Of a DNA stretch of 64,000 nt, positions 1-9,493 are shown piece by piece. Source of the stretch: Dehalococcoidia bacterium (GTDB taxonomy: Bacteria; Chloroflexota; Dehalococcoidia; Plut-88900). A program made the position numbers and the translations under genes. The first letter of the stretch is position 1; each line of letters opens with the position of its first letter. The notes under the pieces were generated by a model. That model saw only the letters and a list, made by a program, of their open reading frames with translations. It was not told the DNA's origin and searched no databases. The stretch spans positions 128,001 to 192,000 of the forward strand of contig CBDBLV010000001.1 of the NCBI GenBank assembly GCA_965207225.1, written 5' to 3'.

Positions 1-263
1 GTAGGGCAGCACAATGCTCTGCACTACCGTAACTACGGCCTCTCCGAAATTCATCTACTAGATAGCCTTCCTCGCGCTTCCAATGTCCGGTCAGGTCAAA
101 CGCCGGCTTTTTCCCGACCCGTAATACCCGACATCCCCACTCCCGTCAAGCATCACTCCCCCGCCAATCCATCCCGCCTCTCTCTCCTTTTCCTCCGTAT
201 GGGCAGGTCTCGTTCCAGTTTTTCCAGGCGATAGACACCCTGTCCTGTAATCCTCCTACCCCT

Positions 264-480
264 AGTACTGAACTAGAGTCCCACCGTGCGCCTCAGGCGC
301 ACAGTGGGCTCTGTTCATTCCTTCCACTCCCCTTTCCCTTAGTACTGAATTAGGGGCATACGCATGGGCAATGCCTATGCGTATGCCCCTATTCTTCTCT
401 CCCCCTCTCCCTTAAGGGCCCTAAGAGCCTGCCCCGAGTCCCTCGAGGGGGAGAGGGGGACCAAGGGGGTGAGGGTTCCC
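264..480. repeat. Composite REP-like cluster: two AGTAC-led hairpins plus a CCCTCTCCC/GGGAGAGGG element
   Basis: Hairpins 264-317 and 341-394; 401-480 recurs at 9070, 47316, 47466. Confidence 0.75.
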
Positions 481-586
481 CTGTTAATTCAGGACATATT
501 CATTTCAAAAGAACAAGAGAGGCATGACTCCGATTACCTCCCTGGGATGGGGGAAGGATATCGCCTTCCCGTATAATCACCCCACC

Positions 587-1588
587 ATGACTACCAAGCT
601 CGGCATCGGCCTCAGCGGCCAGGACATGACACCCCTCGAAGTCGTAGAGTGCTGCAAGCTCGCCGACCAACTCGGCTACCACTCCTTCTGGCTCTCCGAG
701 GGCCACGGCGGTGACCAGTTCACCACCCTCACCGCCTGCGCCCTCGCCACCGACAACATAAAGCTCGGCACATCCATCATCAGCGTCTACGTCCGCAGCG
801 CCCCAACCATCGCCATGGCCGCCGCCTGCCTCGACCACTTCTCCAACGGTCGTTTCATCCTGGGTCTCGGGTCCAGCCATAAGGTCCAGGTTGAGGGCGA
901 GCACGGCATACCCTACCACCTCCCCGTCACCCGACTCCGAGAGTACATCGACGTTATCCGCTCCCTCCTCCGCGATGGCAAGGTCTCCTACAAGGGCAAA
1001 GCCCTGGACATAGGCAACTTCGACCTCTGGTTCCCGACTCTCCACCCCCGGGTCCCCATCTACGCCGCCGCCGTCTTCAACAAGATGCTCCGCGTATGTG
1101 GAGAGATCACCGACGGCACGATTCTCACATGGACCACCCTCTCAGGTGCGGCCAACGCAGCCAAGGTCGTCGCCGAAGGTGCCCGAGCCGCGGGCAGAGA
1201 CCCCTCCAAAGTCGAAATCGCAGATCTCATAACCACCGTCGTCTCCGACAATGACACCCCCGACCTTGAAGGCATCCGCAAGGCCACCGCCTTCTACGCC
1301 GGCTTCTTCCCCCGCTACAACCGGGCCCTCGCTCAGAACGGCTTCCCCGACGAGGCCGCCGCCATCCGGGCAGCCTATCTCGAAGGCAAACGAGGCCCAG
1401 CCCTCGAGTCCCTCGTCCCCGACTCCATGCTCCGCTCCATCGCCATCACCGGCGCCCCCGACGAATGCCGGGAACGCATCCAGACCTACCGGGACTCCGG
1501 CGTCACCCTCCCCATCATCGCCCCCCGCACCTCCGCCCCCAACGCCGCCGAAAAAGCCCAGGCCGTAATCCGCGCCCTGGCTCCTTAA
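587..1588 (+). CDS. LLM-class flavin/F420-dependent oxidoreductase (luciferase-like monooxygenase)
   Basis: ADQLGYHSFWLSEGH, IKLGTSI, LDHFSNGRFILGLGSS motifs; ATG 587 follows TATAAT at 572. Confidence 0.9.
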   Translation: MTTKLGIGLSGQDMTPLEVVECCKLADQLGYHSFWLSEGHGGDQFTTLTACALATDNIKLGTSIISVYVRSAPTIAMAAACLDHFSNGRFILGLGSSHKVQVEGEHGIPYHLPVTRLREYIDVIRSLLRDGKVSYKGKALDIGNFDLWFPTLHPRVPIYAAAVFNKMLRVCGEITDGTILTWTTLSGAANAAKVVAEGARAAGRDPSKVEIADLITTVVSDNDTPDLEGIRKATAFYAGFFPRYNRALAQNGFPDEAAAIRAAYLEGKRGPALESLVPDSMLRSIAITGAPDECRERIQTYRDSGVTLPIIAPRTSAPNAAEKAQAVIRALAP

Positions 1589-1610
1589 AGGGGGTGGCGG
1601 AGAACCACTA

Positions 1611-2354
1611 ATGTCACTGCACTTGGTTAACTGGAATGTCGAATGGGCCACGACCCGTTCGCCCCGGTTCCCTGAGATCCGTAGTCGGATAGAAAAGCAT
1701 GACCCGGACATCATCTGCCTCACCGAGGCGTATGACTCCTTGCTTTCCCACGACGGCTACACGATCTGCTCTCAGTCCGACTATGGGTATCCCATCAAGC
1801 AGGGCCGCCGTAAAGTCTTGCTGTGGTCGAAACATCCCTGGTGCCAGACTAGCGACTCGGGCATAGACTCGATGCCGCCGGGAAGGTTCATATCAGGCAT
1901 AACGCAGACGTCACTAGGTGAAGTAACCGTCGTCGGAGTCTGCATCCCGTGGGCCATGTCACGCGTCAGGGGATCATCTATCGAGAAACGCAAGATGTGG
2001 GAAGACCATCAGCAGTATCTGTGTGGCCTCGAAAAGGTGCTTTCGGAGACTTCCACCCACCGTCTGATTCTGATGGGAGACTTCAACCAGAGGCTGGTGG
2101 GACCCGGCACCGCCCCCGCCGACCTCCGATCGGCGCTCAGAGCAGCCATACCTTCGGGCGTGACCATCGCGACTTCTACACTCGGCTACCAGGGCCGCAG
2201 GACAATCGACCACATCGCACTAAGCGACGACCTTGTAGTGGAGTCCCTCGGAACCATCAGCAACCTTCAGGGAAGCCGGAAACTGTCCGACCACTTCGGC
2301 ATCTTTACCTACCTATCCGGACGGGATACGCAAATTTCAGTATCTCAACGTTAG
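1611..2354 (+). CDS. Endonuclease/exonuclease/phosphatase (EEP) family protein
   Basis: NWNV, DIICLTE, GDFN, IDHI, SDH motifs. Confidence 0.88.
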   Translation: MSLHLVNWNVEWATTRSPRFPEIRSRIEKHDPDIICLTEAYDSLLSHDGYTICSQSDYGYPIKQGRRKVLLWSKHPWCQTSDSGIDSMPPGRFISGITQTSLGEVTVVGVCIPWAMSRVRGSSIEKRKMWEDHQQYLCGLEKVLSETSTHRLILMGDFNQRLVGPGTAPADLRSALRAAIPSGVTIATSTLGYQGRRTIDHIALSDDLVVESLGTISNLQGSRKLSDHFGIFTYLSGRDTQISVSQR

Positions 2355-2427
2355 TGTCCTCTCCCCCCTCCCCCCATGTTACCATTCCACTAACCAAACC
2401 CCACCCCCACCCCACCGGAGGTGCCCC

Positions 2428-3849
2428 GTGAACAACACCGACCTCGCATTCGCCCCCGCCTGGCAAGTCCGGGACATGATCGCTTCCAAGGAACTCTCCC
2501 CCCGGGAGCTGACCGACCTCTTCCTCGATCGCATCGACTCCCTTGACCCCAGGCTTAACTCCTACCTCACCGTCACCGCCGACCTCGCCCGCGAGTCCGC
2601 TGCCGCCGCCGAGGAGGCCGTGACCCGCGGCGACGACCTCGGGCCCCTCCACGGCGTCCCCATCTCCATCAAGGACCTGGAGTTTTCGAAAGGCATCCGC
2701 AGCACCATGGGCTGCTACGTCTTCCGAGACCACGTCCCCGACGAAGACTCCGTCGTAGTCGAACGCGTCCGGCAGGCGGGCGCTATCATCCTCGGCAAGA
2801 CCAACACCCCCGAGTTCGGCCAGTCCGGCACCACCGAGAACCTCCTCGGAGACGCCTGCCGAAACCCCTGGAACACCGAGCGCACCAGCGGTGGCTCCAG
2901 CGGCGGCGCGGGCGCGGCCCTCATCGCCGGCCTATGCTCCCTCGCCACCGGCTCCGACGGCGGAGGCTCCATCCGCATCCCCGCCAGCTTCTGCGGCGTC
3001 TACGGCATCAAGCCCACCCAGCTCCGGGTCCCCCGCTACGGCAGCGTCGGCCGGGGCCCGGCCACCGCCAACCTCTTCTCCCAATCGGGGCCCATGTCCC
3101 GCACCGTCAAGGACTCGGCGCTCCTGTTACAGGTGCTCTCGGGCCACGACCCCCGGGACCCCATGTCCCTAAAGGCTCCCGTCCCCGACTTCATGTCCGG
3201 CCTGAACGACGGCGTCAAGGGCCTCAAAATAGGCTGGACTCCCGACTACGGCTACGCCCCCGTCGACCCCGACGTCCTCCGCATCTCCGAGGCCGCCGCC
3301 CGAAACTTCGAGGCGATGGGTGCATCCGTCGAGGAAGTGGATGTTGGTCTTAGCAACCCCTTCCGCGCCTTCTGGACCATGTTCAGTACCGCCGCCTACA
3401 GCAGCTACGGCCACCTCCTAAACCACCAGGCCGCCGACCTCACCACCTACGGCCGCTACAGCCTGGAGCAGGGCAGAGCCGCCACCGGCGCCGCCGTCGC
3501 CCAGGCCCTCCACGTCGTCACCATGGTCAAGCGCCATTTCGACGAGCTTCTCGACGAGTACGACCTGCTGATGAGCCCAACCATGCCCACCGTGGCCTTC
3601 CCCGTCGGCCAGCCGCCCAAGGAGGTTGATGGCAAGGGCCTGCCGCCCCATCTCGGCTACATCCCCTTCACCTTCCCCATCAACATAAGCGGCCAGACCG
3701 CCGCCAGCATCCCCTGCGGCTTCTCCGACGGCATGCCCGTCGGCCTCCACGTCATCGGCAAAGCCGGCGACGAAGCCACCGTCCTCCGGGCCTCCGCCGC
3801 CTACGAACAAGCCCACCCCTGGGGCGACGCCCGACCCCCCGTCTCCTAG
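2428..3849 (+). CDS. Amidase signature family protein (GatA-like)
   Basis: GVPISIKD, GKTNTPEF, GGSSGG, GSDGGGSIRIPAS; RBS GGAGG before GTG. Confidence 0.92.
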   Translation: MNNTDLAFAPAWQVRDMIASKELSPRELTDLFLDRIDSLDPRLNSYLTVTADLARESAAAAEEAVTRGDDLGPLHGVPISIKDLEFSKGIRSTMGCYVFRDHVPDEDSVVVERVRQAGAIILGKTNTPEFGQSGTTENLLGDACRNPWNTERTSGGSSGGAGAALIAGLCSLATGSDGGGSIRIPASFCGVYGIKPTQLRVPRYGSVGRGPATANLFSQSGPMSRTVKDSALLLQVLSGHDPRDPMSLKAPVPDFMSGLNDGVKGLKIGWTPDYGYAPVDPDVLRISEAAARNFEAMGASVEEVDVGLSNPFRAFWTMFSTAAYSSYGHLLNHQAADLTTYGRYSLEQGRAATGAAVAQALHVVTMVKRHFDELLDEYDLLMSPTMPTVAFPVGQPPKEVDGKGLPPHLGYIPFTFPINISGQTAASIPCGFSDGMPVGLHVIGKAGDEATVLRASAAYEQAHPWGDARPPVS

Positions 3850-3919
3850 CCCATTCACCGGGGAGGGGTGCAATCCGCTCATTCTGAGCAGGGTCGAAGA
3901 GCCTGCCCCGAGCTCCTTT

Positions 3920-4021
3920 TGATTAAAGGTTGATTAAACTTGATTGAGGTTGATTGAAGAATGATTGAACTTGATTGAAGGTTGATTGATCTTGATTGAA
4001 CTCATAGCTGTTTTGATTGAA
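3920..4021. repeat. Array of nine TGATT(G/A)A units at about 10.5-bp period
   Basis: TGATT at 3920, 3931, 3941, 3951, 3962, 3972, 3983, 3993, 4014. Confidence 0.85.
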
Positions 4022-4089
4022 TGACGCCTAAAGTGGTCGGGAAAAGTTTTTTGCGGCGTCGAGAGCTGTATTTCTGACTGAATTTTCAT
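3934..4089 (-). CDS. Possible 51-aa peptide with heptad repeats (MKIQSEIQ...SIKINQPSIKFNHSSINLNQV)
   Basis: ATG preceded by AAAAGGA and by the promoter at 4121-4154; below the ORF-track length cutoff. Confidence 0.35.
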   Translation of the reverse strand: MKIQSEIQLSTPQKTFPDHFRRHSIKTAMSSIKINQPSIKFNHSSINLNQV

Positions 4090-4120
4090 GGTCCTTTTCT
4101 CGGGATGGGGGCGGGGCCTG

Positions 4121-4154
4121 GAACAAATATAGCACCTATGTTCAGGGGAATCAA
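4121..4154 (-). promoter_or_regulatory. Sigma-70 promoter with overlapping LexA-like boxes
   Basis: Minus strand reads TTGATT-17nt-TATATT-TGTTC; spacer contains GAAC-ATAG-GTGC (GAAC-N4-GTTC with one mismatch). Confidence 0.55.
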
Positions 4155-4286
4155 TAGTGCGGCGTCACGGGGAACTCCCACCCCTGGATTCCCGACTCCG
4201 ACCGGGGATAACGGGGGTTGGGTGGTGTGGGGTGTCCCAAATCCGACGATGCCTTAGAATCTACTGCGGCCCTGAGATACATCGCC

Positions 4287-7196
4287 ATGCCCCGACAATC
4301 CGAGCCCAACGTAAACAACGCCCTCGCCGATCTCTTCCGCCGCATGTTCTCGCGCACCAACGTCATCTCCGAAAACACCCAGGTCATTACCGACCAACCA
4401 GGCCTGAAACCCGACATCCTCGTCAACTCCATCGGCCGCTCCCCCGTCGTTGTCGAAGCCGAATACCTGCCCGCACACACAGCCGAAGCTGAGGCCAGAT
4501 CCCGGCTCGGCCTGGAAGTCGCCAGTAACGGGCGCATGATCGAAGCCGCCATTGCCCTCCGATATCCGGAGAACCTGAAAGAGACCACCGACCTCCCCGA
4601 GGCCCTCAAGTCTTCCACCCTTTCCTGGTGTGTCTTCACCAAAGAACCCGAGGAAGATAAGCGCTTCCCCGAATCCGGTTGGCTCGACGGCTCCGTGGAA
4701 GACCTGACCGACCTTATACGCCTCGTCTCCGTTCCCCAGTGGGCCGTCGACCAGGCCACCGAGATACTGCGCAACGGCATCGACAACGCCGCCAGTATCC
4801 TCGACGAGGTCGCCTCCCTCCGCCCCGAGACCGTAAAGGACATCGCTGCCCGCCTCGGCATGACCGACGTTACCCAGACCCGCCGCATGGCCTGCGCCAT
4901 CATGGCCAACGCCATGGTCTTCCACGAACGCATCGCCAAGATGCACCCGGGCATCAATACACTCCAGAAGGTCTGCGGAGACCACGTCTCCAACCCCCAG
5001 CAGCAGGTCCTCGCAGCCTGGGACGCCATCCTGAAGATCAACTACTGGCCCATCTTCGCCATCGCCAGGGACATACTCGGCGAGCTTCAGTCCGGCGATG
5101 CGTCACGCATCCTCAAGCGCCTCCGCAACACTGCCCAGGAAATCAATGCCGCCAGGGTCGAAAACGCCCACGACCTCACAGGCCGCATCTTCCAGACCCT
5201 CATCGCCGACCGTAAATACCTCGCCACCTTCTACACCCTCCCCGCCTCCGCCTCCCTCCTCGCCCGGCTCGCCGTCGCCAAGATGCAGGGCGTCGACTGG
5301 TCCGACAAGGAGGCCATCGGCAAGCTCCGCATCGCCGACTTCGCCTGCGGTACCGGCACCCTCCTTTCCGCCGTCTACGAGCAGATCGCCGCCCGGCACG
5401 AACGCTCCGGCGGCAACCCCGCCGACCTCCACAGCGTCATGATGGAGGAAGTCCTCTACGGCTGCGACGTCATGCCCTCCGCCGTCCACATCACCTGCTC
5501 CACCCTCTCCGGCATGGAGCCCGCCGAGAAATTCGGTAAGTCCCGGCTCTACGCCCTCCAGTACGGCCGGCAGGACGACGGTACGGTAAAGATCGGCTCG
5601 CTGGAGTTCCTACAAACATCCGCCCAGTGGACTCTCTTCAACACCAGCGACCCCGCCATCCAGCTAACCAGCACTGGCGAAGAGTCCACCCCCCAGGCCA
5701 TCGCCAACATCCCCGACGAAGGCTTTGATCTCATAATCATGAACCCACCTTTTACCAGCAATTCCACAAATGAACGCATTCATCTCGATACATTTGCCCC
5801 GGCCTTCGCGGCCTTCGGTGCGAGCAAGGAAGACCAGAAACAAATGGTCAAGCGCATGTCTAAGTTGAAGAAAGGCACGTGCTATCACGGCCACGCAGGT
5901 TTGGCTTCAGCATTTGCAGCGCTCGCAGACAGAAAGCTCAAGCCAGGTGGAGTCTTAGCTCTCGTATTGCCACTTACATCATCTACTTCCTCTTCCTGGG
6001 AAGGGTTTAGAGAGATGATTTGTGAAGATTACGAGGAAGTAAGCCTGCTAAGTATCGCTGCCAATGGTTCTGAAATGTCCTTTTCTTCCGACACAGGAAT
6101 GGGGGAATGCTTGATCCTCGCACGGAGGCGCGGTCCTGATGCCGATATGGCACCTCAGCCTTCCGAGGCTTGCTTTATTTCCCTCCCGAGTCGGCCAGAA
6201 GGATTACCTCATGCTGCCAGTATTGCCCTCACCATGAGGGATGCGGAGCAGATTAGAAGATTAGGTGATGGCCCTTACGGAGGCACGTGGCTCTCGATAG
6301 GAAAGCAGAAGATAGGGGAAATTCTTAAGCTCAATCGTTTGGAAGGCGAGTCATGGAATGGGGTGCGAGTTCTGGATTATTCCCTAGGACAAACCGCATA
6401 CGCTTTGAGCAATGGTCAGTTATGGTTACCCGGATGCCGGTTCTATTTCCCATTGGATATAGTCAAACTAGGTGAAATTGCACGTCTGGGTTTGTATAAC
6501 CTAGACATCATAGGAAGGCCACCACAAGGACCTTTCGACAAATTAGGCCCTAGCGCGACAGCAACTTATCCAGCGTTGTGGAACCACAACGCTGAGAAGG
6601 AAGCTCATCTCGTATGCGTGCCAGACTCACAGTTACAGGTTCGCGCTGGAATGGAAGGTAAGGCTGAAAAAGTCTGGAGGCACGCTGGCAGGTCACACAT
6701 TAACCAAGAGTTTACTTTCGGCTCACAAGCTCTTGCCGCTGCATTCACGGATCAGTCAACGATGGGAGGTAGAGTGTGGCCAAATGTCAACTTTGACGAC
6801 AAGGATATGGACTTTCCGTTCATGTTGTGGGGTAACAGCACGTTGGGTTTGTTGTCCCATTGGTGGCATGCTAGTAGACAACAATCCAGTAAAGCTACTA
6901 TCGCAGTCCGTAAGGCTGAATCCCTCCCCACCCTCGACCTCCGCAGCCTCACTGACGCCCAACTCACCAGGGCAGAAGAGATCTTTAACGAGTTCCGTGA
7001 CAAGGAACTCCTTCCCGCCTACCTCGCAGACGCCGACCCCAACCGCGCCCTGCTCGACAAACGCGTCATCTGCGGCCTCCTCGGCTTTGACGACGATATC
7101 TACCAGGGAGTACGACGCCTTGCCGCCAAATGGTGCGCCGAACCCTCCGTCCACGGCGGCAAAAAGCGTCCCGCATCGGCCAAATTCGTCGCCTAG
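4287..7196 (+). CDS. Type IIG-like restriction-modification fusion (nuclease + N6-adenine methyltransferase + target recognition domain)
   Basis: N-terminal PD..E motif (KPDIL...VVVEAE); MTase motif I DFACGTG; motif IV NPPF; start taken at MPRQSE. Confidence 0.8.
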   Translation: MPRQSEPNVNNALADLFRRMFSRTNVISENTQVITDQPGLKPDILVNSIGRSPVVVEAEYLPAHTAEAEARSRLGLEVASNGRMIEAAIALRYPENLKETTDLPEALKSSTLSWCVFTKEPEEDKRFPESGWLDGSVEDLTDLIRLVSVPQWAVDQATEILRNGIDNAASILDEVASLRPETVKDIAARLGMTDVTQTRRMACAIMANAMVFHERIAKMHPGINTLQKVCGDHVSNPQQQVLAAWDAILKINYWPIFAIARDILGELQSGDASRILKRLRNTAQEINAARVENAHDLTGRIFQTLIADRKYLATFYTLPASASLLARLAVAKMQGVDWSDKEAIGKLRIADFACGTGTLLSAVYEQIAARHERSGGNPADLHSVMMEEVLYGCDVMPSAVHITCSTLSGMEPAEKFGKSRLYALQYGRQDDGTVKIGSLEFLQTSAQWTLFNTSDPAIQLTSTGEESTPQAIANIPDEGFDLIIMNPPFTSNSTNERIHLDTFAPAFAAFGASKEDQKQMVKRMSKLKKGTCYHGHAGLASAFAALADRKLKPGGVLALVLPLTSSTSSSWEGFREMICEDYEEVSLLSIAANGSEMSFSSDTGMGECLILARRRGPDADMAPQPSEACFISLPSRPEGLPHAASIALTMRDAEQIRRLGDGPYGGTWLSIGKQKIGEILKLNRLEGESWNGVRVLDYSLGQTAYALSNGQLWLPGCRFYFPLDIVKLGEIARLGLYNLDIIGRPPQGPFDKLGPSATATYPALWNHNAEKEAHLVCVPDSQLQVRAGMEGKAEKVWRHAGRSHINQEFTFGSQALAAAFTDQSTMGGRVWPNVNFDDKDMDFPFMLWGNSTLGLLSHWWHASRQQSSKATIAVRKAESLPTLDLRSLTDAQLTRAEEIFNEFRDKELLPAYLADADPNRALLDKRVICGLLGFDDDIYQGVRRLAAKWCAEPSVHGGKKRPASAKFVA

Positions 7197-7210
7197 CCCC
7201 TGCCCCAATC

Positions 7211-7290
7211 CCCGTAGGGGCAGCCCCTCGTGGTTGCCCTGGGTAGTGGGGCCGCTCATGCTGAGGCCACTCGAAGTATAAGCGGGGGGC
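7211..7290. repeat. REP-like elements (GTAG-led hairpin and GCCGCTCA..CTGAG..TCGAAG element)
   Basis: Second unit recurs near 3876, 44247 and 47560. Confidence 0.55.
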
Positions 7291-7366
7291 GGCGAGCGAT
7301 AAGCCAAGTCGTCAGGTAATATAGGTGTTCACATCCTCGAATACCCTATAGAACCGGAGACCCGAC

Positions 7367-8992
7367 ATGCCCGGCATAGCCTTTCTCGGCGGCAAAATCT
7401 TCACCTCAGACCCCAAAAACTCCGTAGTCACCGGCGTCTACGCCAGCGAGGGCCGCATACGCCGCATCGGCCCCGCCGAGGAGGTCCGCAAGCACCTCCC
7501 CCCCGACACCCGCGTCGTCAACATAGAAGGCCAGACCCTCCTCCCCGGCCTCATGGACGCCCACAACCACCTCGTCTACGCCGGCATGGCCATGGAGCAG
7601 CTAGACGCCCGCTACCCCGTCGTCGGCTCCGTCCAGGAGCTAGCATCCGGCATCGCCAACGCCGCCGAAGAGACCCCCGAGGGCGAGTGGATTCGCGGCT
7701 GGGGCATGGACTACGCCAAGTACCCCGGCGCTCAAATGCCCACCCGCTGGGAGATCGACGACGTCAGCAGCAAGCACCCCGTCGTCATCGTCCACACCTC
7801 CGGCCACTTCGCCCTCGTCAACTCCATCGCCCTGGAGCAGGCGGGCCTCGACGACTACGTCCAGGACCCCAAGGGCGGCCGCTTCGTGCGAGACGAAAAG
7901 GGCCGGCTCACCGGCATGCTCCTCGACTCCGCCCAGCGACTCGTTATGAAAGGCTCCGTCGATGTCGGCAACCACGGCCCCGACCCCGGACAGGACATCC
8001 CCGTCGAGAAGCTCGTCGAGACCATCGACTTCACCTGCAAGGCCTACCACAGGGAGGGCCTCACCTCCATCGTCGACGCCCAGGTCACCGCCCGCGAGAT
8101 GCCCGGCTACGTCGAGGCCCGCAACCGCGGCATCCTCACCGTCAAGACCCACTGCATGTACCTGTCCAACCATTTGAAGGACGTCAAGGGACTCGGGGTC
8201 CTGGGTTTCATGGGCGACAAGCACCTCTCCGGCGGCAGCATCAAGTGCTACTCGGACGGCTCCCTCATCGGCTGCACCGCCGCCTTCAAGAGCCCCTACA
8301 TCAATCCCCCCGACTCCTACGGCTACACCTACTGGGACCGCGACGAGCTGAAAGACCTCCTCGAAGAGGCCCACACCCTCGGCCTCCACACCGGCACCCA
8401 CGGCCAGGGCGACATGGCCATGGACCAGATAGTCGGGGCCTGGGAGCAGATCCTAAAAGAGCACCCGAGGGAAGACCACCGGCACCGCATCGAGCACTGC
8501 GGCTACCCCGTCGAGTACCTGGAGCGGATGTCGACGATCGGCATCCTCGCCATCTCCCAGCCCTCCTACCTCTACTACAACGGCGACGGCTTCCTGGCCA
8601 ACCTCAGCCCCGCCCGCGCCCGCAAGCTCATACCCCTCAAATCGGAGCTCGACCTCGGCATTCCCATAGTCCTCAGCACCGACTCCCCCGTCGTCACATA
8701 CCGGCCCCTCGACAACATCTCTGCCGCCGTGTCTCGGGTCTCCCTGGAGGGCCAGGACATGGGCAAGGACGAGCGCATCAGCGTCGAGGATGCCATCCGG
8801 GGCTACACCATCAACGCCGCCTACAGCGCCTTCCAGGAAAATGAAAAAGGCTCCATAGAGGTCGGCAAAGCCGCCGACTTCACCCTCATCGACGGCGACA
8901 TCCTAAACACCCCCGGCGAAAAAATCCGAGACCTCTCCGTAGCCATGACCATCGTAGACGGCGAAGTCCTCTACGACTCCTCTGCCCCTTAA
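7367..8992 (+). CDS. Amidohydrolase 3 family (YtcJ-like) metal-dependent hydrolase
   Basis: PGLMDAHNH, IKCYSDGS, HRIEH, STDSP, KGSIEVGKAADF. Confidence 0.92.
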   Translation: MPGIAFLGGKIFTSDPKNSVVTGVYASEGRIRRIGPAEEVRKHLPPDTRVVNIEGQTLLPGLMDAHNHLVYAGMAMEQLDARYPVVGSVQELASGIANAAEETPEGEWIRGWGMDYAKYPGAQMPTRWEIDDVSSKHPVVIVHTSGHFALVNSIALEQAGLDDYVQDPKGGRFVRDEKGRLTGMLLDSAQRLVMKGSVDVGNHGPDPGQDIPVEKLVETIDFTCKAYHREGLTSIVDAQVTAREMPGYVEARNRGILTVKTHCMYLSNHLKDVKGLGVLGFMGDKHLSGGSIKCYSDGSLIGCTAAFKSPYINPPDSYGYTYWDRDELKDLLEEAHTLGLHTGTHGQGDMAMDQIVGAWEQILKEHPREDHRHRIEHCGYPVEYLERMSTIGILAISQPSYLYYNGDGFLANLSPARARKLIPLKSELDLGIPIVLSTDSPVVTYRPLDNISAAVSRVSLEGQDMGKDERISVEDAIRGYTINAAYSAFQENEKGSIEVGKAADFTLIDGDILNTPGEKIRDLSVAMTIVDGEVLYDSSAP

Positions 8993-9008
8993 CATTCTTT
9001 CTCCCCCC

Positions 9009-9125
9009 AGTACCAAACTAGAGGCAAGCACCTGCGCCTTGGCGCAGGTGCTTGCCTCTGTTTTATTCTCCCCCTCTCCCTTGAAGGTCCTAAGGGAGAG
9101 GGGGACCAAGGGGGTGAGGGTTCCC
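9009..9125. repeat. Composite REP-like doublet
   Basis: Near-identical to 47254-47370. Confidence 0.8.
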
Positions 9126-9139
9126 TGGCTGGGTGGGGC

Positions 9140-9195
9140 GGCAGGGTGCGCTCTCAACTGCGTTACAACATTCGCAGTACTCAATAGGCACCAAA
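9140..9195. other. attL of ICE-1 (core AA at 9167-9168)
   Basis: Dyad ACTGCG-ttac-AA-catt-CGCAGT; right arm is inversely repeated at 42692-42717. Confidence 0.7.
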
Positions 9196-9493
9196 GGCTC
9201 CGGCACTCTTGGTCTGTGGACTTGCAGCCACCCCCTTCCAAGTGAGTAGGATATACCAGCATGCAGGGCCGGCCGCGCAGAGCAGACAACCATGGGGTCG
9301 TCGGACTGTTCGCCCCGGTGTGCTATTGACGCATATGCCGGTCCAGAGTTCTCCAGAGTTCTTTTCAAGCGTTGGACGGTGTAGTAGAATTGTGACTCGT
9401 GGAAGAATACCTTGTTGGAGGAGCCGAAGAGTGGTTACGCCGGTCCGGCTGGCCGGAGTTGGCGCAGGCTCTGGGCCGACTGTCAGGTGAGAT

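Noticed and set aside
2428-3849. gatA assignment
   Set aside because: No adjacent gatC/gatB; generic amidase signature only
3920-4021. CRISPR or guide-RNA array
   Set aside because: Units are 10-11 bp with no unique spacers, and no cas-like genes are present
9170-9171. Alternative AT crossover core (9170-71 / 42716-17)
   Set aside because: Also gives a symmetric attP and the same reading frame, but the AA core explains the CAA repeat, the attL dyad and the restored TACAAT; kept only as second choice
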